NCBI RefSeq assembly: GCF_008831285.2
Contig: NC_045138.2
Coordinates: 33,480,001 to 33,544,000, forward strand
Length of the DNA stretch: 64,000 bases
Reading direction: 5' to 3'
DNA from: Nymphaea colorata
Lineage: Eukaryota
The translations under genes were made by a program, and so were the position numbers. The notes beneath the pieces were generated by a model. It made no database searches. It was not told the DNA's origin and saw nothing but the letters and a program-made list of their open reading frames with translations. This document shows positions 1 to 12,069 of this stretch, one piece after another; position 1 is the stretch's first letter; each line of letters opens with the position of its first letter.

Positions 1-2260
1 AGGTCTCACCTGATCTGGTCTGGGATGTTGGATGCAAGATATTCAATATATATATGATACGGATTAGAGGTCTCATCCAATCCGGTTTGGGATGTTGGAT
101 TTGGGATTTCGAAAAAATGGTCAAGATCAGAGGTCTCACCTGATCCGGTTTGAGATGTTGGACTCAAGATTTTGGATATAAATATGATGCAAGATTTTGA
201 ACAACCAGCTAAAACATAGATCTTACCTTATGAAATGGAATTTGGGATTCAATCCTAAGATTTAAAATAGAAGTCTGATTTTAAATGGTCTAGGAGGTTG
301 GATTTTAAACTTATATATATGATACGGATTAGAGGTCTCATCCAATCCGGTTTGGGATGTTGCATTTGGGATTTCGACCAATGGTCAAGATCAGAGGTCT
401 CACCTGAGCTGGTCTACGATGTTGGATTCAAGACTTTCAATATATATATGATACGGATTAGAGGTCTCATCCAATCCGGTTTGGGATGTTGGATTTGGGA
501 TTTCGAAAAAATGGTCAAGGTCAGAGGTCTCACCTGATTCGGTCTGGGATGTTGGACTAAAGAGTTTGGATATATATATGATACGGATTAGAGGTCTCAT
601 CCAATCCGGTTTGGGATGTTGGATTTGGGATTTCGAAAAAATGGTCAAGCATGTTGGATTTGGCATTTCGAAAAAATGGTCAAGATCAAAGGTCTCACCT
701 GATCCGGTCTGGGATGTTGGACTCAAGATTTTGGATATATATATGATACGGATTAGAGGTCTCATCCAATCCGGTTTGGGATGTTGGATTTGGGATTTCA
801 AAAAAATGGTCAAGATCAGAGGTCTCACCTGATCCGGTCTGGGATGTTGGACTCAAGATTTTGAACAACCAGCTAGAACATAGATCTCACCTTATCAAAT
901 CGAATTTGGGGTTCCATCCTAAGAATTAAAATAGAAGTCTGATTTTAAATGGTCTAGGACGTTGGATTTTAAACTTATATATATGATACGGATTAGAGGT
1001 CTCATCCAATCCGGTTTGAGATGTTGCATTTGGGATTTCGACCAATGGTCAAGATCAGTGGTCTCACCTGATCTGGTCTGGGATGTTGGATGCAAGATAT
1101 TCAATATATATATGATACGGATTAGAGGTCTCATCCAATCCGGTTTGGGATGTTGGATTTGGGATTTCGAAAAAATGGTCAAGATCAGAGGTCTCACCTG
1201 ATCCGGTCTGGGATGTTGGACTCAAGATTTTGGATATATATATGATGCAAGATTTTGAACAACCAGCTAGAACATAGATCTCACCTTATCAAATGGAATT
1301 TGGGATTCCATCCTAAGATTTAAAATAGAAGTCTGATTTTAAATGGTCTAGGACGTTGGATTTTAAACTTATATATATGATACGGATTAGAGGTCTCATC
1401 CAATCCGGTTTGGGATGTTGCATTTGGGATTTCGACCAATGGTCAAGATCAGAGGTCTCACCTGATCTGGTCTACGATGTTGGATTCAAGACTTTCAATA
1501 TATATATGATACGGATTAGAGGTCTCATCCAATCCGGTTTGGGATGTTGGATTTGGGATTTCGAAAAAATGGTCAAGGTCAGAGGTCTCACCTGATTCGG
1601 TCTGGGATGTTGGACTCAAGATTTTGGATATATATAAGATACGGATTACAGGTCTCATCCAATCCGGTTTGGGATGTTGGATTTGGGATTTCGAAAAAAT
1701 GGTCAAGATCAGAGTTCTCACCTGATCCGGTCTGAGATGTTGGACTCAAGATTTTGGATATATATATGATACGGATTAGAGGTCTCATCCAATCCGGTTT
1801 GGGATGTTGGATTTGGGATTTCGAAAAAATGGTCAAGATCAGAGGTCTCACCTGATCCGGTATGGGATGCTGAACTCAAGATTTTGAACAACCAGCTAGA
1901 ACATAGATCTCACCTTATCAAATGGAATTTGGGATTCCATCTTAAGAATTAAAATAGAAGTCTGATTTTAAATGGTCTAGGACGTTGGATTTTAAACTTA
2001 TATATATGATACGGATTAGAGGTCTCATCCAATCCGGTTTGGGATGTTGGATTTGGGATTTCGACCAATGGTCAAGATCAGAAGTCTCACCTGATCCGGT
2101 CTGGGATGTTGGATTCAAGATTTTCAATATATATATGATACGGATTAGAGGTCTCATCCAATCCGGTTTGGGATGTTGGATTTGGGATTTCGAAAAAATA
2201 GTCAAGATCAGAGGTCTCACCTGATCCGGTCTGGGATGTTGGACTCAAGATTTTGGATAT
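1..2260. repeat. ~130-bp satellite array (two related ~65-bp subunits) with higher-order structure; truncated by window start
   Basis: Unit TATATATGATACGGATTAGAGGTCTCATCCAATCCGGTTTGGGATGTTGGATTTGGGATTTCGAAAAAATGGTCAAGATCAGAGGTCTCACCTGATCCGGTCTGGGATGTTGGACTCAAGATTTTGGA recurs head-to-tail. A spacer starting TTTTGAACAACCAGCTA occurs at 195, 859, 1253 and 1882. Confidence 0.97.
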
Positions 2261-3100
2261 AAGGTCAACGCTGATCTGGTCTAAGATGCTGCATGCGGGA
2301 TTCAGACCAAAGGTCTAGATTAGAGGTCTAATCTTATACAATCTCAAAAGTTGGATTTTGAATTTTAAAATGTGAACCTCTACTTTAGACCATGCTTAAA
2401 ATTGTTTTAAAAGTTCATGCAATCCAGTGTAACCTAAAAAATTCAATGTTGAAAAGTGCACTTAAAAACTTGATAATTTAACAAGCAGTTAGGAAATATA
2501 ACAAATCAAATACAATAACTTTAAGGATCTAACATGAAATTGAGAAAAGTCAAAGAAAACCAAAAGAATTTGAAGTCAAATTGCACATGTTTGGTAATTT
2601 GGACAATGATTTCAAAGATTTATATAGACAAAGTAATATTCTTCAAGTGATTTCAAAATTCCCAAGGGATTTCAAAAGAATTTACAAAAAAAATCAGAAA
2701 ACCACTCATTTTTTTATGTGAACACGTGTATGATGTTGGATTCTGATCTAAGAAATAGAACACAGGCATGACAGTCTGCCAAATCGAATTTAGGATTCTA
2801 TCCCAAGATTTAAGTTAGAAGTCTAATCTTATCTGGTCTAGGATGTTGGATTTCAAACTTATATTTATGATATGGATCATAGGTCTGATCTGATCCGGTT
2901 TGGGATGTTGGATTCGGGATTTCGACCTAAGGTCTAGATCAAAGGTCTCATCTAATTCGGTTTAGGATGTTGGATTCAGGATTTTGAACTAGTAGCTAGA
3001 ACATAGATCTCATTTTAACCAATCTAAGATGTCGAATGTATATTTTTAATGTGGATGTGAATTTTAAAATATTAACCCCAGTCTAGACCATGTTTAAAAC
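2261..3100. repeat. Satellite-associated spacer plus one diverged satellite unit
   Basis: 2351-2800 matches 56290-56668; 2790-2990 is a diverged satellite unit; 2980-3100 matches 56048-56168. Confidence 0.85.
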
Positions 3101-3135
3101 AACATCAAATTACATTTTCCAGTTGAATGAAAAAC

Positions 3136-3296
3136 AGAAAACCATAAAAGAGGCCAGGCTTCACATAGTCTTCCTAATGCAACGACAAATTAAATTCTAT
3201 AACTAAATATCAAAAATTCAGAAAACCATAAAAGAGGCCATGCTTCACACAGTCTTCCTCATGCAACGACAAATTAAATTCTATAACTAAATATCT
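3136..3296. repeat. Tandem duplication, ~83-bp unit x2
   Basis: CAGAAAACCATAAAAGAGGCCA(G/T)GCTTCACA...CTATAACTAAATATC is present twice. Confidence 0.9.
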
Positions 3297-6200
3297 AAAA
3301 TCAAGTTCTAAGATTAGAGATACCAAGCAGCTACAGAGAGAGCAAGCATATGGCCTTCAGAAAAACCAAACTACCAAGAAATTGGGAACCCAAGTCTTGA
3401 AAACCTTAGGTCATGAGTGATTATGAAATAAATTGACAATATAAGAAATGAATATATGATTATTCCTTTTACTCAGGAAAGATAACCAGTATCATAAGCA
3501 TTAATTTTAGCTGATAAATGATAAGCGAACACTTGTTTCGTCCATGTTGACAATATCTCATGATAAAGTCAGTGCCATAAAGTATAAACAACAATGACAA
3601 CATACCATTCCTCCAATATATTAATGCAATGGGTGTCAATAAGAATAAAAAATGCACAATTCTGAACAGAAGTTGAATATACATTAAAGATTTCTAAGAA
3701 TGAGTCTAAAAGCCTTGAAGGATATGAATCAACCAATTTGTATCCATTAGCTTACAGAGAAAAACACAAACTGCACATGCAAGATGTACTGTCAGAGTGT
3801 CAGTGCAACCACTGCAGGTGTTTGAGGGCAATCCCTTCATGGTTTTATTTGAACCGTCAGGGATATTCCAAGATAAAATAGTATTCCATCGGCTTTAGCA
3901 ACTTAGTTTCACAAAATGGCTTAACCTCCCTTTTGTGACTCAATTTCCAAATATGTTTTACAGCATGTAGTTTGAACACCATGCAAATTTCATCAGCTTC
4001 TTTTCACCTTTATGAAACAAGTTTTACTAATTTTCTGCATAACTTCTCCATCCAAATATCCACTTTATTCAAGACTTACTAAACATGAGATGTACGTGTC
4101 CAACAGTAAGAGACACCTACATCTATGCCCAGAGTAACACAGGAAGCAACATATTACATTGTGACTATAAGCTGAAGTCAAATGCATCAAGTATTCTAAA
4201 CGAAAAAACAATATGCCCAGACTAGATTCAAACAACAAATAGAAATATAGCATATAATCGTATAGAAAAGAAACTACATGCAGAAGATAGAACGTAGCAC
4301 TTTAGGATAAAAACACGCTGACCTGGTTGGCACTATTATGCAGTGAGACCACCAACAAACCAAACAGAAATGAGGCAGTAAATCGTGAGTATCAGGCATG
4401 TTGCAGAATGCCCAACAGCTTGAATGCCCACCTTCCCCATCCATGAGAAATTTAATGTTCAAAGCTGATATTGCAAACACATAGATAAAAGGCATTGTCA
4501 TTCAAGAAGGAAACAGGAAGAACCCAGCAGCCAAATCATTACCAGAAGAGACCCAACCGCAATACCTGACAAAACACCCAATCTCTGTGGACGGGCTGGT
4601 TGGAATTTGAATAGCCGCACGCTAGATGCGATGAATGCACAACAATAATCATAGCACCCAGCAGTCATCTCGACAGTGACGGCCCAGCAACAAACCCAAA
4701 GACGATAATGGCGATCTAGCAGCAATCTGAAGCGGTTGTCGCGACTCAGCAGCAAGATCAACAAAACGGCATGCCCAAGCGACAGATGTCAAGAGTGACA
4801 CAAGTGGCAGACCCAACAGCAACCTAAGGGACGACGGAAGGCGGTAGACCCAGTAAGAACGGCAGCAACGACCTAAGCGGTGACCCACAACCGAACCAGC
4901 AGGGACCCAAGCGGTGGACTAACCAAAAGCGAAAGCGGCGACCCAAGTGGTGACCAAAGCATCCGACCCAATGGCGAACCAAATGTTAAAAACCAGCAAC
5001 AACCTCAACGGAAGAACCCAACCAAAACCTCAAAGAAAACCCCAGCCCAGTGCCTAAATGAAAGACCCCAGCCTGAAATGATAAACCCTACGGACTATAG
5101 AGAAACCCCAATAGGAAACAACAAACAAAGACAATTGAAGGGTGGAGAGGGCTTCGAACAACCATCACACACCGGCGATGGCTGCCGGCCAAAGGAGGAC
5201 GCGAACGGACGCCCTCAAAAGTGAGAGAGATAGAGATGTATCAAGCCCAGCAAACAATAGCAGGACGCAGACGGTCCTTTTCCGCCCTCAAAGGAGTGAG
5301 TGTATCTTGCCTGCCATGAGTGAGAACCGAGATAGCGGACGGTCCTTTTCCGCCCACACCGATGAAATGCCGCCACACCATCTTCTCATCGCCAGACGTA
5401 GAAGCATTGCCCTGCTTCGTGGGTGACATTTCTTTCTGTAATCGAAGACGCAGACGGCTTTTCCCTTTTAGGCGCCATAATATGAAGAACGAGAAACCGC
5501 CATAAATCAAGAAAGAAGAAACCGCCATAAATCAAGAAGAAAACGGGAAGGAGAGATGGCGCACGCTCTTTGGGATGCTTTCCGGCTACCTAATACGGAA
5601 GGAGCTGGCCCCATCGCAAATCCACTTTAAACCCTCTACATCTGGCGAGACCCCGACGCGCACGCCACGCCCTCCGGTTCACCGGTGGGCAGTGAAACCC
5701 GTCGATGCAAAACGAAGAAAAAACATATATGGTTAATAGTATATCGTATTCAATCCATAACGTCGCTACATGAGTAAAGTAAAATGTTCGCACCCTCTTC
5801 GTAAGATCTGCACTGCCATGGTTTTACTTGTATTGGTGACCGTTAAATTTGTCAATTTATCATAATTTTGCTACATTTATGTGAAATAATTAGAGTTATT
5901 ATAAGAAAACTTTGGTTTATTCACATCACATCGAATAGTTTTGTTATGTAGTTGCACAAAATAGTGGGCAAGTTAGGCTTTATTATCCTTCTTGTGAAAG
6001 TGAAGCTTGGAATGTGACCATAACGTATATCTATGTATGTCATATATATAGAAACCTAACCATGTCTCTGGCATTTATTTGTTTGTGTTATTATTTATTT
6101 TACAAGATAATTATTTCATCATACATAGATGAGAGCTCATGCTCCGACCTAATCTCTTAAGTGACATACTTTTGGTGTCTCGAATGTTGTTCCTATGACA

Positions 6201-6844
6201 CTTCAACTTTACTGTTAGTGTGTGCCTTTGTTTGTAGCACAAGAAAATTGACACATCAATTATTAAAACAAAAACTGACCGCCTAATTTATATATAAGTA
6301 TTTTTATTATAGTTTTAGTTAAAAATAACTTACATATCAAATTTTTGTATTTTATGATCTTTTATTAAAATCAAGTCGGGCCCAGGTGGCAGGAGCATGA
6401 GGCAAATTGAATCAAAACCAACTTCATTTGGATTGGCCAGGCCGGCTTGATGCACAGCCCTAACAACGCACATTTGTAACCTACATGAGGATGCATAAGC
6501 GGGTGCAACTGCAAGCTGATTGGGCTAGGTGAGGCTGCAGATACATTGAACAGGCTGCGCTATTTGAAGCCAAGAGTTGGTTCAGCGCGGACCATTCAAA
6601 GACCAACTGGGTTATTGCCTTAGAGTGAAGAAGACCGCATGAAAGGATAACAAGATCGTTGTCCTCCTTGGCATCGTAAGTGGGAAACACTATCTTTAAG
6701 GGCCCATTTGATGGGAAGGATATTTCATGTAGCATTGGAAATAAAATCTAAATTTTTTAACCGTTGAGCTCTCAAAGTATTAATTAATCCAACGATTCTC
6801 TTTTTTCATCTTTTATTCCTATCAAACTAAGAAATTTATTTCCT

Positions 6845-7978
6845 CAAACATACACTCAAGTCCAACAAACACAAAGGGGGTTTTGGAAATCTAGATTTTG
6901 TTTAGATTTCTTTAATTCCTTAAATAAGTTTTTAAAAACTTATTTCCAACTCTATATTTCTAATGTATCAAACGGCCTCTAAAAGAAAAAGAAAATTATA
7001 AGCAGTGTATTTCTTTTTTTTTATTGCAAAATGAAATTATTTATTTTATTTAATGCTTGACAATTAATTTAGCTGAATCCCTAAATCGGCTAATATAAAA
7101 AAATTAACATCTGATTAAAAAATTAACCCAAACGTAGATTTTTGAGAATGATGTACAGGCAAATCCAAATTTGGTTTTAAACAACCATCAATATACCAAG
7201 TTAAATTTTCTTATATTTAACATCCATACATTTTATAAAAGTCCATAATTCAAAAATTCATTTGTAAACTTAAAACTTAAAAGTCGGATTTAGATCATAG
7301 TCGAATTTTAAATTTCAGATTCAAAAACAGGATAGTTTTTTTTATTCATTAAAAAAAAAAACAACTAAAACACATGAACATCCGATAAATCGAATCTGGT
7401 AAAATGGGTAGATCTGATATATGATCTATTTAAGCATCCTAGCAATGGTTTATATAAATATATTTATATATATTTTTATTTTTTTGATAGCAACCTTAGG
7501 GAGGGAATATTTGATGAGAATATGTTGGCTCCATTGATTTGAACCTCCTTCCCTATCTGTCATGATAGTTTACTTCAGCGGCCAAGAACTTGTTTCGTAG
7601 TGAGAAAAATGCAAAAAATTTCCAAAAAAAAAAAATTATATCATAAGATTGTGATTTCTTTTCTGCATATGCCAGTTTCGTTTGTCTTCATTTGCCTACT
7701 TATGATGCTCCCTCTTTAAGATTGAGAAATTTATTTTTTGGAACATAAACCCAAGTCCAGCAAACACGAAGGGGGTTTTGTAAATCTGGATTTTGTTTAG
7801 ATTTCTTCAATTCATTAAATAAGTTTTTAAAAACTTATTTCCAAATCTATATTTCTAATGCATCAAACAAGAAAATTATAAGCAGTGTATTTCTTTTTTT
7901 TTTTTGCAAAATGAAATTCTTCGATTTTATTTAATGCTTCACAATTAATTTAGTTGAATCCGTAAATCGGCTGATATA
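6845..7978. repeat. Direct repeat pair of ~240 bp (6845-7097 and 7742-7978)
   Basis: CAAGTCCA(A/G)CAAACAC(A/G)AAGGGGGTTTTG...AAATCGGCT(A/G)ATATA is seen twice; the second copy abuts the kinase pseudogene. Confidence 0.9.
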
Positions 7979-7984
7979 TTCACT

Positions 7985-9236
7985 GAGTTGGCAGCTCATG
8001 GTAGCAACCAACAAATTCTCAGAATCAAACAAGCTTGGACAGGGGTTCTGTTACTTTTGCAGCTCCATAATTCTCTATCTCTCTCTCTCTCTCAGCAATG
8101 ATTTATTTCAAGTAATACCTAATGTCGCAAACTAATGATATGACAGTGGAATCAGCGCAGGGGCTCGAGGAATTCATGAACGAAGTGAAGTTGACAGCAA
8201 AGCTTCAGCACTTAAACCTCAGTTTTTTTCCTTAATCAGGGAAACATCCAATCTTGAGATTATACTCTCTAAAATTGTTAACTGGAACAGTCAAATTTGA
8301 TTGAACTGCAGTTTTGCCGCAAAGATGGGCTTTCCATCATGGAATGCCGAAGAACAAATATCAGGAACGCAAAATACATAGATGCAAATGAATTAGAAAA
8401 GCGCTTTTGCGCTTATTGAAGTTTTATCTGTAACATGGATTAATATTAAGCTTTAGGGGCTTTTCGCAAGAGATTGCATTTCCACAATTAGTTCCACGGC
8501 AAGAACATCAAGAAATATGAATACTGTTCTTCACGAAACCACTGTTCGGCCGATTGACGTGAACTCAATTATGCTTGTCCATCTATATTATATAGTTCAA
8601 TCTTATCAAAGCAAGTTCCCAATTTTCACAAGCTGCAGGAAACATTTCCGATCTACTGTCCACGTGTAAACGTGTATAGCAGCAAGACTCTATGACTTTG
8701 TTTTTGAATGTTCATCCTCAATGAACTGTTGTAAACAATGTGCAGATCAAACACTGGACCCGCCGTTGAACTGGGAGAAACGCTTTGAGATAGTGATGGG
8801 GATCGCTCGGGGCTTCAGTATTTCCATCAACAATCTAGGCTCAAAGTGATTCACAGGGATCTCAAGACAAACAACATTCTGCTCGTTGGAGGGATGAACC
8901 CAAGAATTTCAGACTTCGGACTGGCCAGAATGCTTGGTGGTGATCAAACTCAACCAAATACTGTCAGAGTTGTAGGAACCTAGTAAGTGCTCTTGCTCAA
9001 TGTTATGAGATGGGTTCTGCTGTGTCTCCCAACACTCCCCCAGCCTGATGTATGACTCTAAAATCGTTGATTAAAATGTGTGCAGTGGGTACATGCCACC
9101 AGAATATGCATTGGAAGGGCGCTACTCTGCCAAATCTGATGTCTTCAGCTTTGGAGTCATAATTCTCGAGATTGTGAGTGGGAAGAAGATGACAGGTTTC
9201 CAGGAAGTAGAGGACTCCATGAATCTATTAGGACAT
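7985..9236 (+). pseudogene. G-type lectin S-domain receptor-like Ser/Thr kinase pseudogene (kinase-domain exons)
   Basis: Remnants VATNKFSESNKLGQG (~8000-8045) and LEEFMNEVKLTAKLQHLNL (~8164-8220). AG/GT-bounded exon 8746-8982 reads [16 protein letters not shown]/1-nt frameshift/[23 protein letters not shown]...ISDFGLAR...RVVGT. Exon 9086-9236 reads [34 protein letters not shown]. No terminal exon found. Confidence 0.93.
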
Positions 9237-9582
9237 GTAAGTATGTGCACCCCTTTTCCTCTCTCTCCCTGTTTACTAAGTCGCGAATAGGCATAATGGT
9301 CTACTATGCAGTGTAAAAGCACATAAACTGTTTGCTCATATAGACCCAACAAATGCAGGAGAAAAAGCTTTGAGGATCTATTTATAAACCTTTATCAATG
9401 AGTTGAAATCATACATGGTAGCAACTCCCTTTTACCTTGCAAAATACATGCATAGATACCTACTAAAAAATTTGAAATTCATGATCTAGATTTTTCGGCT
9501 AGTATGTCCCTCTCCTGTAGTAAAAGCTTGATTTAGGATGTGATAGAGGTATTTGGCTGGAAGAGCTATATATATAGAGAGA

Positions 9583-10792
9583 GGTGTTTTCAGAAGTGTA
9601 AGAACTTCTAATAGATGGATTTAGGATGGGCCGGTTCTAATTTCTATTGTAGTGAACCTTCGGCCTGAGCATGGAGAAGTTCACTTCCTTGTGATTTTTG
9701 CGGAGTAGCATATTTTTTTTCTGTTGGGCAATGAGTTACTCTCTTTTTTGTAATCTCTGTTACTCTTTCTGCAAAACTTAATAATCGAAACATCGCAAAG
9801 TTAAGTAGACCTCATCTCAAAATGCAAAACCAACAACACCACTTAATCTAAACGAATTGATAATGTCAAACCAAATCTCAAAAAAGAAGATAATGAAAGA
9901 GAAGGGAAATTAGTTAACCAGATTCAAGAAGAAATTAAGAAATAGTCAGATAGGAGTAGGACGCCACACTTTGGTCCATATGTGCATGTATCCTTTCGAA
10001 AAAACAAGAAAAGGAAAGTTTTTTTTTTAAAAAACAAAAATTGGTTGTAAAAAATGTACTCCATAAATAAAGGGAAAATTTTCGTAACTAGAAGAGCAGG
10101 GGCTTGGGTCATGCTATGGAGGATGAGAAGCATCGTGTCAAGAAAAACACAGAAAGTCAACAAAAACATGTGTAGTTGGCTTAAAGCTATCCATGCATCA
10201 ACTTTGGTGCATCTGATCATTCATATTTGAAATTCATGAATGTGACGTGGATTTAATGTTGCATGTCTTTGCTGATGTGATAAGATTTCTTGTAAAATCC
10301 ATGATTCATCAAATTAGATTCAAGCTTGAAATACTTTGATATTAAGAAAAGGTGTGATGCAAGATTGGAGGGGGACAGTTCTCAAACCTTGAGAATTGTA
10401 GATCAAATAAAACCAAATGCTCCCTCACAGACATGAGGGCGACTGATTGCCTCAGGTCTAAAATACCACAGGTGATGTGAAATTTTGAAATTTTAGATCT
10501 CAAGATTTTAAATCATTGATTGTAACAAGGACTTGAAATTCAATTGAAATTAAGACGCAAAAATTACATTGTGAATATAGAAGGTTGCATCTTGAATCCT
10601 CCCAGAGTTGAGAATCGTGCCAACTTGAGGAACAAGAGATTTTACATTTATGGTTCTCACATCAAAAATTTGCCAGAATCATGAACGTAAACTACTGCGG
10701 CCGTGAAATCCGAAGTCTAGAAGGAAAATCTGCTTTTAAAGACCAGATTTTACACCAGTATTGTTTCTGTTTGGATAGAGGATGTAATGTCA
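9583..10792. repeat. Duplicated block (9583-9982 ~ 59115-59642; 10573-10792 ~ 59645-59863)
   Basis: Shared GGTGTTTTCAGAAGTGTAAGAACT... and ...GATAGAGGATGTAATGT; the right-hand copy lacks ~590 bp. Confidence 0.9.
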
Positions 10793-10794
10793 TA

Positions 10795-11012
10795 GGGAGA
10801 TCAGATTGGACCACTGCAAGTGCCTCTGCGGGTTCGAGCCTGCATTTTTGACAGATTGGGACCTAAATGATTGGTCTGGAAGGTGCAGCAGGAAGAAAAA
10901 GTTGGGCTGCGAAACCGACCAGTTTGCCTTGCAGACGGGGATGAGGCGTCCTTCCAATCCCAGTGTTGTAACAGTAGCGGAAAGCACCGAGGGATGTAGA
11001 TCGGCTTGCTCG
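10795..11012 (+). pseudogene. S-domain kinase ectodomain fragment (EGF-like and start of PAN/apple domain)
   Basis: HCKCLCGFEPAFLTDWDLNDWSGRCSRKKKLGC...EGCRSAC matches the CxCLxGFEP...W...DWSGGCxRxxxLxC and CxxxC pattern of S-domain receptors; no flanking coding sequence. Confidence 0.8.
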
Positions 11013-12069
11013 AAAGCTTCCTCATTGTTCTTATCAGCACAGCAAGTGTTCCCTGTGGAAAGGAGATATTTTCGATCTACAACAGTTGTCTGATGGAAGT
11101 GTTGACGATATTTACATTCGACTAGCAGAGTTTGAGACACCCAACAATGAGCCCGCTTCCCTGATCAATGGGTCAAAAATTGGAGGTAATTTCAGGCTAG
11201 TATGCGTCTAATTAAGAGACAGAACGAGAGAGAGTTGCCCCCAATGGCCTAATACAGCTTGCTGTTCACGCATCTCACCTGATAGATATTTGATTTGCAT
11301 GGTCCCGTTCTTGAAGCTAGTGAAGAGAGAAGCAGGATAAGTAACCATGGCCGTCATTGTCAAAATATTGACCATGACAATGTGTTGCCGACAGCCAAAA
11401 ACCCAAGGAAAAAACAATCTTCTATTTAGTTCGCAGCAATTTCAGATCCTCGTCCGTCCTTAAAAGGCAAACCATTTTTGTGAACCTGCATGAGAAATAA
11501 AAGATTACAAGACAAACAAACATAAAAGAGAGAATTGCACAAGAAGAAAAACAGACAAGTTTTACTTTCTCACTATTCAAACTAAGGAGTTTTCGAATTC
11601 TCTCAAGCTTGCTTCTGTCTAAGACACTCGCCTATATGAGGAAGTAGAGATTGCCAAGTTCAGTTTCTTTTTTGGTTAGTCGCGGGAAGACAAATCTGAA
11701 TGGTTGTAACTCTATTTACTGACGATGGTGATGTGTTTGAATCCTTGACACATCTTTTCATTGAACATGCAGGTTCTATCGGCAATGGAAGCAACACCGA
11801 CTCTCCCACAAGCATGACAAGAACGGAAGACATGAAATGGCAAAACCCACCGCTATATGTCAGTAGCGGGGAACAAATGAATCGGTATAAAGCTATAGCA
11901 GTGAGTTACCTCGCCGCTAGACAAACTTATACCAGCGATTGTCTTCCCCGCTATATCCCACTTATAGCGGTGACAATTAGCCTCGTTATAAATATTCACC
12001 GCTATAGGTCTACAGCGGTGATGTTATGCACCGGTATATCATATTATAGCCAATTTTACAACCAACAAG

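Noticed and set aside
298..2224. Recurrent ORFs (MIRIRGLIQSGLGC..., HPKPDWMRPLI...) as a repeat-protein family
   Set aside because: They are translations of the 130-bp satellite; the period is not a multiple of 3 and they appear on both strands.
1..2260. CRISPR-like array (palindromic repeats at regular spacing)
   Set aside because: The intervening sequences are themselves repeated rather than unique spacers; the context is eukaryotic and there are no cas genes.
4880..5528. Overlapping 60-114 aa ORFs as genes
   Set aside because: Low-complexity, GC-rich sequence open in several frames on both strands, with no recognisable domain.
11208..11417. Hydrophobic ORFs (here and at 30571-30816) as membrane-protein exons
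   Set aside because: No convincing motif or splice structure; the hydrophobicity can be explained by T-rich composition.
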